64,000 bases of DNA from Candidatus Bathyarchaeota archaeon (GTDB lineage Archaea; Thermoproteota; Bathyarchaeia; Bathyarchaeales; Bathyarchaeaceae): the NCBI GenBank assembly GCA_020348945.1, contig CP070759.1, positions 888,936 to 952,935 on the forward strand, in the 5' to 3' direction. The first letter of the stretch is position 1. Each line of letters opens with the position of its first letter. The notes under the pieces were generated by a model. That model saw nothing but the letters and a program-made list of their open reading frames with translations, was not told the DNA's origin and did no database searches. The position numbers and the translations under genes were made by a program. This document shows positions 28,916 through 38,750 of the stretch, in pieces.

Positions 28916-30673
28916 TCAGGATCTTCGAAATATAGAACGCTTGTAAACATATGCAACAAGTAAGGCTGCTATTGAAGTTGCTGTGATGACAGCTGTGAGG
29001 TATAAGACAATGTTCATGGTGTGCGCTGTTGAGATTGTCTTGGTTGTTCGTGAAAGGTTTGAGTGTTCAACGTGAACCGTCACACTTTGGTAGGGATTCC
29101 AAGTAGATATTGTACACTCGTAAACACCAGATTCAATTTCTCCACATAGTTTTCCATTCACAATCGTGGTTGCGCCTGTCACCGAAGTCTCGTCGAAAAC
29201 ATAGACAACATTCACACTCACCTTTAACACTCCAAAAGTAGTTGTATCCACGTTCACTTCTGCTATTTCCGTTTTGTCCCAAATGATGTACGGGTTAACA
29301 ACAGTTTCTTTGTAACAATTCGCTTCGGGGTGTCGAACATCAGTGACAGTCCACGAACGGTTGCCTACGGTGTCGTATGATGCACTGAAGCTTGCCCATC
29401 CAGTTCTGTTCGTTACATGTTCGGTTCCGTTCACGTAAACCTTGGCTTCAACCACATCAGTGTCATTGTGTTCCCAACTGACGTGAAAACCAACCCACTG
29501 GTCCTTGTTAACACCACTCCTCTCAACAGTGACAAAGGTTTCATCTATCACAAGGACTCGCCTACTCAGAGAATACCACTGCGTAACAACATCTTGAACT
29601 GGCTTGTTTTGCGGAGTGTAGTCAGTATCATCTGATCCACCAGCGTTGGGATTGGTGTCCCAGTTCCACCAATAGAAGCCGTAGAACCAGCTCTCATTCC
29701 AAAGCGTCTGAAAAGCGGCTTCGTAGCAGTCCACCTGTTCTTGAAGATCAACAGAGAAATCCGTCCAATAGTTTCCAGGTGTCATGTTTGTGCCATCGCC
29801 ACTTCGATAGCCGATCTCTGTGAAAATTATTGGCTTATCTACTGTTGACTGCCAAGTTTCAATTTCCTTTGCATAACCGATCCAAGCGTTTTTCAGCTCT
29901 TCAAAAGTGGGGTCGTATTTTAGAAGTGATAAGGGGAAGTAAGCGTCTATTCCAACGTAGTCCAGGGAATCCCACCACTCAATGTTTTGGAAGTTAGACC
30001 AGTCTGCAGCGTATGTGAGGGGTCCAGAGTACCGTTCACGCACCCCTGAAACGATGTTTTCCCATTGCTGTTTTTCTCGAGTTGTTTCTTTGAGTTCACA
30101 TCCGACTGAGAAAAGCTCTACATCGTTTTGTTCAGCAAACTCGGCGAAAAAGTTGATGAAGCTGGAGTAGCTTTCAAACCACTCGTCAGATGGTGGAATT
30201 TCGCCTCTCCAAACGGGCCATAGACGTGGTCCTTCACTTTCCAACGGATCAAGCATTGGTTTCAGCATGACCTTCAAACCCAGATTGTGGGCTTGGCTGA
30301 TGGCATGGGCAACCGACTCGTTGGTTGGTGTGCGTTCGGGGTCAGCGTGAATATCGTGTGAAGATATGTTAGTTTGATACCAAAAGACAGCAATCGCCAC
30401 CCACTCTGTGTTTGTTTCTGTTAAGAGCCTCAGAGACTCGTCGGAATCAGAACCATTGTAAGCGTTGCTAGACCAAGTCGTGTAAGACATTCCTTTTTGA
30501 AAAACAGGTTTTCCCGAAGAGACTGGTTGGGATTCTGTGAAAACAAGGGATTTAGCAACCCCGTTTGAACTCGTTCCAGAAAATATCATTGGTAAGGTGG
30601 GATGAAGAAAAAATTCCAAGATAAGAAAGAGAAGCAACGAACGAAAAATAACCAAGTTTTGTTGTTTTCTCAT
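28916..30673 (-). CDS. secreted, C-terminally membrane-anchored glycoside-hydrolase-like protein (clan GH-A TIM barrel plus beta-sandwich domains)
   Basis: N-terminal signal/TM. VGCELKE (acid/base-like) and FTEIGYRS (nucleophile-like) blocks. C-terminal Ig-like region and TM anchor LYLTAVITATSIAALLVAYVY. Family assignment tentative. Confidence 0.7.
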   Translation of the reverse strand: MRKQQNLVIFRSLLLFLILEFFLHPTLPMIFSGTSSNGVAKSLVFTESQPVSSGKPVFQKGMSYTTWSSNAYNGSDSDESLRLLTETNTEWVAIAVFWYQTNISSHDIHADPERTPTNESVAHAISQAHNLGLKVMLKPMLDPLESEGPRLWPVWRGEIPPSDEWFESYSSFINFFAEFAEQNDVELFSVGCELKETTREKQQWENIVSGVRERYSGPLTYAADWSNFQNIEWWDSLDYVGIDAYFPLSLLKYDPTFEELKNAWIGYAKEIETWQSTVDKPIIFTEIGYRSGDGTNMTPGNYWTDFSVDLQEQVDCYEAAFQTLWNESWFYGFYWWNWDTNPNAGGSDDTDYTPQNKPVQDVVTQWYSLSRRVLVIDETFVTVERSGVNKDQWVGFHVSWEHNDTDVVEAKVYVNGTEHVTNRTGWASFSASYDTVGNRSWTVTDVRHPEANCYKETVVNPYIIWDKTEIAEVNVDTTTFGVLKVSVNVVYVFDETSVTGATTIVNGKLCGEIESGVYECTISTWNPYQSVTVHVEHSNLSRTTKTISTAHTMNIVLYLTAVITATSIAALLVAYVYKRSIFRRS

Positions 30674-30710
30674 CTTTCATCATTCAGAAGCTACACCGAA
30701 TACTTTTTCA

Positions 30711-31178
30711 TCAATGCACAGAAAAATGGCCAGTTTCAACTTTTTTTGCTAAAAACCTCGTTAGTTGAAACATGGTTTTTGCAATCCCTAAAAGATTAAC
30801 TAAAATGAGTATCGTCAAGATTGCTTTAAGGTCAACTACAAGATTCACCGTGGCCTCTTCCATGGGCATTGTCAAACTTACAATACCGCCATTGAAGACA
30901 CTGATAAAGTAAATTATTATGATCAAAGCTTTCGCTATGCTAAATGCGTATTCAAGAATAGTTCCGGAAAAAAGCTTGGTGACGACAGCGAAGAAAACAC
31001 ATATCCCCGCGAACAAATAGAAAAACTGATTGTAACCGGCAGGAAGGAAGCTCATGGGATATATGAGCGTTGGCAGGTAGTAAACAAAAACAAACGTGAG
31101 CGTACCCCATATTGCTGCCTTGAGAATTCTTGGAATCAGCTTCTTTACGAGTCCTTTTGTGTTTACCTTTTTAACCAT
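30711..31178 (-). CDS. integral membrane protein (4 TM)
   Basis: From ATG 31178 (MVKKVNTKG...). Overlaps the upstream gene stop by 8 nt. Hydrophobic helices throughout. Confidence 0.55.
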   Translation of the reverse strand: MVKKVNTKGLVKKLIPRILKAAIWGTLTFVFVYYLPTLIYPMSFLPAGYNQFFYLFAGICVFFAVVTKLFSGTILEYAFSIAKALIIIIYFISVFNGGIVSLTMPMEEATVNLVVDLKAILTILILVNLLGIAKTMFQLTRFLAKKVETGHFSVH

Positions 31179-31944
31179 AGGGCATCCACTGCTCCACTGT
31201 AAATACAGGAGTTTCAAAAATGAAATGCACTTGCCCACTGTCTGTTAGTTTCGAGGCATCTGCGGGTTGCATATTAATTTGGTCATTATACATGCTTTGC
31301 GACGGTGCATCTAGACTAGTTTCTCCAAAGGTTACCAGCTCATCCACATCATTGTACATTTCCAGTTTCATCGTTCCCGTTATGTCAAAATAAGAATTAT
31401 TTTCGAAGCTTAGCGGTATTCCTACTCTAACATGAGTGCTGTTAAAGGGAAGAACAGAAATTTCTCCGACAGAGACATTATTGAAGGGCGCTCCCCAAGG
31501 CACTGTCATGTTCATAGACAACTGAACTGGAACAAAACGTGCAAAATTCAACGCTACAAATGTCTCAAACACGAAAAAGCTGTCTTCAAAGATAAGTCCG
31601 ATACGCTCCATGACATCGCTTAGATCAATGGAAATGTTGTGCGCTGCCTCAACACTGTTACCCGTTGAGACCAAGGGAACAAAGGTTTCGGATACACTTA
31701 GCGCTGTTTCGTTGGAATCCGTTATACGTGTCGTAATGTTCAACTCGGATAAATCATAGTAGCCACTGTTGTTGATGAAGAAAGGCAACGAAAGCACCAC
31801 GCCCGTAGTTGATGGAAGAAATTGGACTTCTCCAAAGCCAAAGCCTAAGTTCATAACCGAGTAAAGAGCCGTAACCGAAAAAGCAATCAAGAATATCCAA
31901 ATTATGATTGTTGCTATGCCCAGCGCCCTTATGGCTGGCTTCAT
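31171..31944 (-). CDS. membrane-anchored extracellular beta-rich protein (LEA_2/WHy-like repeats suspected)
   Basis: N-terminal TM (LGIATIIIWIFLIAFSV) followed by two similar beta-strand-rich halves with N-x-S/T sites. ATGA overlap with the upstream gene. Confidence 0.55.
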   Translation of the reverse strand: MKPAIRALGIATIIIWIFLIAFSVTALYSVMNLGFGFGEVQFLPSTTGVVLSLPFFINNSGYYDLSELNITTRITDSNETALSVSETFVPLVSTGNSVEAAHNISIDLSDVMERIGLIFEDSFFVFETFVALNFARFVPVQLSMNMTVPWGAPFNNVSVGEISVLPFNSTHVRVGIPLSFENNSYFDITGTMKLEMYNDVDELVTFGETSLDAPSQSMYNDQINMQPADASKLTDSGQVHFIFETPVFTVEQWMPYG

Positions 31945-32291
31945 TTGCTCTTCTTTCCTTTAGTCTTCGCTGAAGAATGTCCAGAATTTTTGGAACTCTG
32001 CTTCACGGGCTCGATTTTTGGAACAGTTTCTGGTTTTGGTGAAGTGAGAAGTTGCACTCCCCTTATCGTCACTATGGAGCCGATCCATCCCATTATGCCA
32101 AGATACATTACTCGAATGCTTGCCTCAATCAGCGGACCTAAAGCTTCACCGAAAAGATTCTCAATACCAGAGGTAGAGACTATGCTTAAATCTTTTTGAA
32201 GGAAACTGTACGCGTTAAAGAACGCGAACACTAACAGAATCACGCCTATAAGCAGAAGAGTGAAATTTGGAATTTCAGTCTTACTGATCAT
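31941..32291 (-). CDS. small membrane protein with Lys-rich tail
   Basis: Two TM helices and the C-terminal SSKNSGHSSAKTKGKKSK. First gene of an overlapping 3-4 gene minus-strand operon. Confidence 0.5.
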   Translation of the reverse strand: MISKTEIPNFTLLLIGVILLVFAFFNAYSFLQKDLSIVSTSGIENLFGEALGPLIEASIRVMYLGIMGWIGSIVTIRGVQLLTSPKPETVPKIEPVKQSSKNSGHSSAKTKGKKSK

Positions 32292-32399
32292 TTAATGAAA
32301 CCTCTGTGTGTGAGAATAAGCAAGAATGCGCAGATGTTTAAAAATTGTGTCTTACTAAACTATATTCTTACTCATTATTTCCTACCTGCTCTGATAGGC

Positions 32400-32412
32400 A
32401 TGCGCGCGCAAA
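32400..32412. repeat. left arm of perfect 13-bp inverted repeat ATGCGCGCGCAAA
   Basis: 32400-32412 ATGCGCGCGCAAA is the exact reverse complement of 33618-33630. Confidence 0.9.
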
Positions 32413-32459
32413 GTTTTCACTTATGAAATCCAATTCAAGTTTACACATATGAGATAAGC

Positions 32460-33617
32460 GTGTATAATCATTTAAGCCAGCCGTCTATAGATAGGGCTGA
32501 GAAAATGAAAACTGATATTACCAGCTCATTTGTGAGGGTGTGCCGGAAGCTCGATGAGTTAAGGTTCAGGTCTACTGTTAACTGGGGCGTTCTTGGAAAG
32601 AATATATTTAGAAACTCGCAACTCAAGGCTTCAACTCGTCTTTTCCTCTTCTGGCTTTGCAGCATTATAGACCAGTTCTACGGATATGTTACCCTATGGA
32701 CCAAGGGAGAGAAAGCAATGCTGAGATTGATAGAAGACAATCCACGATCATTTTCTGAAGTGAAAGATAAGATAGAAAACCTACGAAGGGATCGTAAGGG
32801 AAACATATTGGGGGACATCTTTTTCAACGGTGGAAAAATTGGCTTGGTCAGAGATGACTACAAGCGAATTAACAACTCCTTTGAGTTTTTAACACGATAC
32901 AATAAGCCTGAGCCAAACTTGGGTATCAAGTTTGCTAAGGTATTAGGTGAGCTCATAGCAGGATGCCATGGAAAAAACGGTGTCCTAAAAATGGCATATT
33001 TCCTTGACGGATGGATGTTCAGCAACATCTTAATCTCTCTGGATCCAACACTAACCGAACTTCACAGATTTCGAGAGAAACCACGGAAAAGACTATGGAT
33101 GTTCATAATGTTTTTGAGAAGAGATCCATCTGTACTAAATCTGTTCCAGAAAGCGCTGATCGAAGTCCATGGGAACAATAACGGCAACGCTCTGTTTAGT
33201 ATATGGAATGATAAAAGCAGGTTTGATCCTAAGGAAGTCGAGCTACCAGGAGACATGTGGAATCAGCGATTATTCAAAGCGTTGCTCAGCGAACTCCCAA
33301 AATTCTTGAAACAAAAACCAAAGCAAACAGCAAGAGAACTGGCATTGAGATATGATCTTTCACCATCTATCTTCGATGTAACATTTGAACTCGGAGCTAA
33401 TAAATGCAGGTCCATGGAATGCAGTCTATGTCCATTCGGCGATAACCAGCTATGCCACAAAGGAAAAGAGAAGTTCTGTTCAATCACAGATTGGCTCTTT
33501 CCATACTATGAAAAGGGGCATCATGGGATAATGTGCAATCCGGAAGATTGTCCAATTGGTAAAGACTTGGGCAAGAGTCTGTGTACTCGCAAAATTGATC
33601 GAGAAATAACACATTAA
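32460..33617 (+). CDS. hypothetical protein with C-terminal cysteine cluster (possible distant DUF2400/TIGR02757-like)
   Basis: 385-aa ORF (GTG 32460; ATG 32505 alternative). KRLWMFIMFLRRD, VELPGDMWNQRL and the C-terminal CRSMECSLCPFGDNQLC...C...C...C resemble, from memory, the TIGR02757 pattern (LFLRWMVR, PLDTHV, C-x-C-x2-C). Low certainty. Confidence 0.6.
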   Translation: MYNHLSQPSIDRAEKMKTDITSSFVRVCRKLDELRFRSTVNWGVLGKNIFRNSQLKASTRLFLFWLCSIIDQFYGYVTLWTKGEKAMLRLIEDNPRSFSEVKDKIENLRRDRKGNILGDIFFNGGKIGLVRDDYKRINNSFEFLTRYNKPEPNLGIKFAKVLGELIAGCHGKNGVLKMAYFLDGWMFSNILISLDPTLTELHRFREKPRKRLWMFIMFLRRDPSVLNLFQKALIEVHGNNNGNALFSIWNDKSRFDPKEVELPGDMWNQRLFKALLSELPKFLKQKPKQTARELALRYDLSPSIFDVTFELGANKCRSMECSLCPFGDNQLCHKGKEKFCSITDWLFPYYEKGHHGIMCNPEDCPIGKDLGKSLCTRKIDREITH

Positions 33618-33630
33618 TTTGCGCGCGCAT
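33618..33630. repeat. right arm of perfect 13-bp inverted repeat TTTGCGCGCGCAT
   Basis: Starts 1 nt after the stop codon of the 32460-33617 gene. Exact reverse complement of 32400-32412. Confidence 0.9.
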
Positions 33631-33851
33631 TCTCGGTGCCGACTCAGCGACAGGATGATAGGTGACTAACAATGCAACTCCTTAACCCCTCATTTTTTTC
33701 TGTAAATGCGACGGCTGAACCTCCTAATTCGTAAGGCTTATGTTAACGAACTTCTTAAAACCTATCTGGAGCGTTGGTTAGATAAGGTAAACTCTATTAT
33801 TTGAATCCAAAGACTAGTCATGCACACTAAAATCATGATGGAGAGGGTTGA

Positions 33852-35279
33852 TTGAAACGGATAATTTTTGGAACAGACGGTTGGCGCGGAGTAATTGCCC
33901 AAGAATTTACATTCGACAATGTTAAAGTGGTTGCTCAAGCCGTAGCCGACTACCTTAAAACCAAGAGTTTAGATCAAAAGGATTTGATTGTTGGTTACGA
34001 CACACGGTTTCTGTCAGACATGTTTGCAAGAAGCTTTGCTGAAGTGGTGGCCAGCAACGACATTCAAGTTCGTTTAGCTTCCAAACCAACCCCTACGCCC
34101 ATAGTTTCCTTCACCGTAAAGAACCGCAACGCAGGCGGAGGAGTAGTCATCACTGCCAGCCACAATCCGTCCATGTATAATGGGATCAAGTTTAAGCCTG
34201 AGTACGGTGGGTCAGCCCTCACTCAAATCACTAAAGAAATCGAGAGCCTTCTTTATAGAAATCCCGTAAAGTATGATGAGGAAAAGGCGAAGCGATACGT
34301 TAGGGAAGTGGATTTTGAAGCTGATTACCTTAACAGAATAAAAAGTCTGGTGGATTTACAGCTCATCGGAGAAGCTGGTTTCAAAATCGTTGTTGATGCC
34401 ATGCACGGGGCCGGAGACAGAATTATTGAAAGATTATTGTCGACTACAAAATGCCAGTTAAAGAACATTCGCTTCAAGCCTGACCCGACGTTTGGCGGAG
34501 TGAAACCCGAACCCATCCCCCAAAACTTGCAGCCCTTGATTGACACGGTGGTTGAGTGGGGCGCTGATATTGGATTGGCCACGGACGGAGACGCGGACAG
34601 GTTCGGGTTAATCACATCGAAAGGAGAGTTTGTCTCGCCCCATGAAGCTCTTGCGCTATTCATCCTGCATCTGTACCACAATAAAGGTTGGAGGGGTGGA
34701 GTGGTTAAAACTGCGTCCGTGTGCAACATTGTGCCTAGAGTGGCTGAGAAGCTGGGTTTGCCTCTTTACGAAACGGCGGTGGGCTTCAAAAACATATGCG
34801 AACTCATGCTCAAGGAGGACATCCTCATCGGTGGAGAAGAAAGCGGAGGCGCTGGCTTCAAAAACCATGTGCCAGAACGCGACGGGATACTGGCATCTCT
34901 CTTCATCTTGGAGATGATGGCGATAGAAGAAAAAAGCATCAATGATCTTCTGAAGGATTTGAAGGACGAGTTTGGCGAGATGCACTATGATCGAATCGAC
35001 CTGACATATGACAAACCTAATCGCATGGAACTTATCCCCAACATGCAATCCAATCCGCCACGCCAAGTATGTGGTTTAAAGGTGAAGAAAGTCAGCACTT
35101 ATCGTGGAGTTGAGGTTATTAACGGAATTAAGTTTCACTTCGCTGACCAGCGGAGTTGGCTTCTAATAAGGGCTTCAGAAACGGAACTTATCATGAGGGT
35201 TTACGCAGAGGCAACTAGCGACGACATGGTGCAACGACTGCTGAGAGAGGGACAGCGATTGCTGAAGAAAAGTGGCTAA
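33852..35279 (+). CDS. phosphoglucomutase/phosphomannomutase family protein
   Basis: FGTDGWRG, active-site ITASHNPSMYNG, Mg site ATDGDADR, sugar-binding GGEESGG. TTG start. Confidence 0.9.
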   Translation: MKRIIFGTDGWRGVIAQEFTFDNVKVVAQAVADYLKTKSLDQKDLIVGYDTRFLSDMFARSFAEVVASNDIQVRLASKPTPTPIVSFTVKNRNAGGGVVITASHNPSMYNGIKFKPEYGGSALTQITKEIESLLYRNPVKYDEEKAKRYVREVDFEADYLNRIKSLVDLQLIGEAGFKIVVDAMHGAGDRIIERLLSTTKCQLKNIRFKPDPTFGGVKPEPIPQNLQPLIDTVVEWGADIGLATDGDADRFGLITSKGEFVSPHEALALFILHLYHNKGWRGGVVKTASVCNIVPRVAEKLGLPLYETAVGFKNICELMLKEDILIGGEESGGAGFKNHVPERDGILASLFILEMMAIEEKSINDLLKDLKDEFGEMHYDRIDLTYDKPNRMELIPNMQSNPPRQVCGLKVKKVSTYRGVEVINGIKFHFADQRSWLLIRASETELIMRVYAEATSDDMVQRLLREGQRLLKKSG

Positions 35280-35476
35280 AGGTTTGGAGAGTCTGCTCTT
35301 TTCCTTTTTAAGGCTCGTATGAGACTTGATGCTTCTGAAGCAGATTTTGCATGAGCAACTTTCTTCACTTTTTCCAAAACCAATCGGGCTTCGCAGTGAG
35401 GGCATCGCCTCGTTTTCTGAGTGTTTTTAGCCAGCAGGAGTTGTCCACACTTGGAGCAAACGATCACCATGTGCAT
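35276..35476 (-). CDS. DUF1922-type zinc-ribbon protein
   Basis: VIVCSKCGQLLLAKNTQKTRRCPHCEARL followed by a basic tail, the archaeal DUF1922 layout as I recall it. Confidence 0.7.
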   Translation of the reverse strand: MHMVIVCSKCGQLLLAKNTQKTRRCPHCEARLVLEKVKKVAHAKSASEASSLIRALKRKRADSPNL

Positions 35477-35545
35477 TCGACGTGCCTCAATAAGCGAAAG
35501 GTTTTTCCTCAGTGCCGTTTAATTGCTGTAAGAGGATGCTAATAA

Positions 35546-35884
35546 ATGAGTCGTGTTCCCCTCGTTGACCTTGCAATCAAGTATTTCAGACAGCGAGGCT
35601 ACAAGATAGAGAAGAACACTGTTTTAGAAGGATTTTCCGGGCTCCCACACAGCTTTGACCTCGTTATCCGCAAGGGCAAAGAACGGCAATTAGTCTGGAT
35701 CAGAGACTGGAGACGAACGGTTGGCATCAACATGGTGATAAAAATGGACAAGGCTTCGGCAGATGTTGGTTTTGTAAACCCAGTGATGGTTTCTGGGAAG
35801 TTTAGCGGACACGCCAAGGCATATGCCAACCGCCGAGGCGTCACGTTATTAATGAAACGTCAAATCCTGCGGGGACTAGGATAG
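35546..35884 (+). CDS. hypothetical protein, possible restriction-endonuclease-like fold
   Basis: 112-aa ORF: LAIKYFRQRGYKIEKNTVLEGFSGLPHSFDLVIRKGKERQLVWIRDW. Resembles small archaeal Mrr-cat-like proteins, but the catalytic motif is not clear. Confidence 0.5.
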   Translation: MSRVPLVDLAIKYFRQRGYKIEKNTVLEGFSGLPHSFDLVIRKGKERQLVWIRDWRRTVGINMVIKMDKASADVGFVNPVMVSGKFSGHAKAYANRRGVTLLMKRQILRGLG

Positions 35885-35885
35885 A

Positions 35886-36479
35886 TTAAAAGTCTTTTAG
35901 AAAATCATTTAATCGCCCTTCTCTTTCCAGTCTTCCCAACCAGTCCACTATGCCAATGCTGAGTTTTCTTTTTCCCTCTAAAACCGAAACTATCTCCTCC
36001 ACCACTTCTTCAATTTTTTTGCCACTAGTATCGATTTCACACACTTTTTCAGAGCCGCAAGCCCGTACAGCGTTCCACAGACAAACATCCAAAACTTCAG
36101 CAGCTAGGTTTTCCCAAAGTTTTCTTCCCTTAAACCCGCGGTTCTTCATTGCCTCTCTTAACTCTTCAGGATTCCGTCTAAGAACAAAGACAAAGTGAAT
36201 GTCTTTGGCAGGCAAAACATTGACGGCGTAGTGACCGTCGACTACGATGTCGCGTTTACAATCTTCTATGAGTTTTTGCATTCGTTCTGAAACCTTCTCC
36301 ATATCAGCAATCAGAGTTCCTCTGATTTTGTCCACGCCGCTGGTAAGCGCTTCTTCCTTAACGAGTTTTGTTAGATCGATGTGGGTGGCGTTTAGCTTGG
36401 AGCCTAAGATTTGGGAGACAGTTGTTTTTCCCACTCCGGGAGTGCCCGTGACTACGATTACTCGCTTAAACTCATTCAT
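35886..36479 (-). CDS. adenylate kinase isoenzyme-6 / Fap7-like NTPase
   Basis: P-loop VIVVTGTPGVGKTT, DGHY block. ~190 aa, typical of archaeal Fap7. Confidence 0.8.
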   Translation of the reverse strand: MNEFKRVIVVTGTPGVGKTTVSQILGSKLNATHIDLTKLVKEEALTSGVDKIRGTLIADMEKVSERMQKLIEDCKRDIVVDGHYAVNVLPAKDIHFVFVLRRNPEELREAMKNRGFKGRKLWENLAAEVLDVCLWNAVRACGSEKVCEIDTSGKKIEEVVEEIVSVLEGKRKLSIGIVDWLGRLEREGRLNDFLKDF

Positions 36480-36671
36480 CCTCCTTCAAACAAACCTTAC
36501 ATACTTCCTTTCTGTGATAAAAAAATTCACGTAATGCATCGGCTGAGAAATAAACTATTTTGCTGCGCGCACACGTTCACCATGCTCAAAAATTCTATAA
36601 GTTTAATTTAACAATCCTATTAGTTACTTGACTAAAAAACTTATTAAACTAACCTTACAAAATTGCGAGGT

Positions 36672-38216
36672 ATGCCGCAAGAAAGGGTTGTTCCCTCAGA
36701 GGTCAAGGGAGTTTCCATTGTTCTCACGGGTTCTGCTACTGATATGAGCGATTTTAAACTCAATCCCTTTAAGGCATTTACGGGAGGTTTCCCAACAGGC
36801 ATTATTCCGAGAAAATTGCTGAGAAAATATTGGTACCCACCAGTGCCCAACAATGGAGATGGCACCGCTAAATATGCACCTTATGGAATGCGAAAAATCG
36901 AAGCCGTGTTGATTAAGAAATTTGGCGCCGAAAACGTTGTGGTCGTGCATCCGAATAATCTGCAAAAAGTTGTGGGACCGAAAACAAAGGTTATTGGAAT
37001 AACCTCTATGGAGCCAGTTGGAACAGGTTTCGTCAGCCGAACTTACACATCATTTGTAGGCTTTGGCGGAAAACCCATAGCAGCTGCTGAATTCAGAGAA
37101 CTAGTAGACAATCCAATTCTGCGAAAATGGGGCGCTAAAATAATCCTTGGAGGCTCAGGTGCGTGGCAGATTCACAAAGCGAAACTGCAGAAAAAATACG
37201 GCATAGACTGCATCATCATGGGCGAAGGTGAAAAGACAGCTTTGAAAATTTTTCGCATGGCCCTCAATGACGAGAAACTTCCGCCAGTAGTTGAAACCAA
37301 GCCTCCTGATCCAGAAGAAATTCCATGCATTATTCACCCTTCGATTTTTGGCATTGTGGAGATTATGCGCGGTTGTGGACGTGGTTGTAGGTTTTGTTCG
37401 CCAACGTCACGAAGGCGTTACTCTTTTCCTTTAGAACATGTCTTGAAAGAGGTTGAATTGAACGCGAGTAAAGGCACGAAAATGACCATTTTGGCTAGTG
37501 AAGATTTGTTCTTGTATCAGTCTAGGGAGAAGTTTCTGCCAAATCGTGAAGCGATTGTAAAGTTGATTGAATCAATTGCTGCTGTGCCTGGAGTAGAGTA
37601 CATTCAACCTGCTCATGCGTCGTTGGCGCCTGTTGTCTATGATCCTAGGGTTGTTGAAGAAATTGGTCCGGTTCTTTTTGAGAAATCGCGGTGGGTTTCG
37701 AAAGGCACTAGGCATAGTTCGGTTGAAATTGGCATAGAGACAGGAAGCATTCGACTTATGAATGAGTATATGAGGGGCAAGGTGTTGCCGTACAAACCTG
37801 AAGAATGGCATGACATCGTGACGAAAGGGATTGAAATTTTGAATGAGAACCGTATTTGGCCATTGGTAACATTAATCATTGGCTTGCCTAGTGAAAACGA
37901 TAAAGATACAATTGCGACGCTTGAATTATTAGACAAACTGAAACATAGCAAAATATTCTATGTGCCTCTGCTGTTTACTTCAGAAGAAGACTGCATGCTC
38001 AGAGAAGCACGACACATGGACTTGAACCATTTAACGTCATTGCAGTGGGAGCTTGTAGCTACATGCTGGAAACATAACATAGAGGTTTTTGTTCCAGAGG
38101 ATGATCGTTGGAAGATACGGCTTGGTGGAATGGTTGCCTACGCCATGTATTATCGGTGGAAACATGGCAAGAGGATTTTGAAGCCGATAATGAAATTTTC
38201 AGGATGGAACGGATAG
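36672..38216 (+). CDS. B12-binding-domain radical SAM protein
   Basis: Radical SAM cluster motif MRGCGRGCRFCS, preceded by a cobalamin-binding-like Rossmann region (VIGITSMEPVG). Confidence 0.9.
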   Translation: MPQERVVPSEVKGVSIVLTGSATDMSDFKLNPFKAFTGGFPTGIIPRKLLRKYWYPPVPNNGDGTAKYAPYGMRKIEAVLIKKFGAENVVVVHPNNLQKVVGPKTKVIGITSMEPVGTGFVSRTYTSFVGFGGKPIAAAEFRELVDNPILRKWGAKIILGGSGAWQIHKAKLQKKYGIDCIIMGEGEKTALKIFRMALNDEKLPPVVETKPPDPEEIPCIIHPSIFGIVEIMRGCGRGCRFCSPTSRRRYSFPLEHVLKEVELNASKGTKMTILASEDLFLYQSREKFLPNREAIVKLIESIAAVPGVEYIQPAHASLAPVVYDPRVVEEIGPVLFEKSRWVSKGTRHSSVEIGIETGSIRLMNEYMRGKVLPYKPEEWHDIVTKGIEILNENRIWPLVTLIIGLPSENDKDTIATLELLDKLKHSKIFYVPLLFTSEEDCMLREARHMDLNHLTSLQWELVATCWKHNIEVFVPEDDRWKIRLGGMVAYAMYYRWKHGKRILKPIMKFSGWNG

Positions 38217-38645
38217 TCTGTTAATTGGAGAGGCTAATTACTTTACAGTGTAAAGGCTCTTTTCTTCATGGCTTTAAGAATAGTTTAGCAATGGTTGGTA
38301 CATTTACTACTCTAAGAGAAGAAGACTATCTCAATGAATTTCTCACGTTAAGAATAAGAAAACTTTCGGCAGTCTGCTTCAAAAAGCTAATTTACATACT
38401 TTGATAGGCAAGTAATGTTTTGAGAGAGAGGTGGGAGAGTGAGAGGGTATTGAATCGTTCCTAAACCTCTATAACTGAAGTACTTAGCAGAGGAAAAAAC
38501 ATTAGAAAACTAGTGTCTTTCTTCCAATTTCATATCATGCACGTTGGTCTAAATACAGTAAGCCAAGTTCACGCTTCAAACTCATCTGAACCTAAACAAA
38601 AACTGCAGAGCAGTGCACGTGCAAGGCTGTCTCTTTAAAGAAGTT

Positions 38646-38745
38646 TGGTGCTCCGGCCGGGATTTGAACCCGGGTCGGCGGCTTTCTCTCCAGTGTTGTA
38701 GAGGACGAGAGGCCGCTATACTTGACCGGACTATACTACCGGAGC
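38646..38745 (-). tRNA. tRNA-Glu(CUC) with a 22-nt canonical (37/38) intron; CCA encoded
   Basis: Minus-strand read: GCUCCGG UA GUAU AGUCCGGUCAA GUAU A GCGGC CUCUCG[UCCUCUACAACACUGGAGAGAA]A GCCGC CGAC CCGGG UUCAAAU CCCGG CCGGAGC A CCA. The GCUCCGG acceptor is typical of archaeal tRNA-Glu. Confidence 0.85.
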
Positions 38746-38750
38746 GTATG

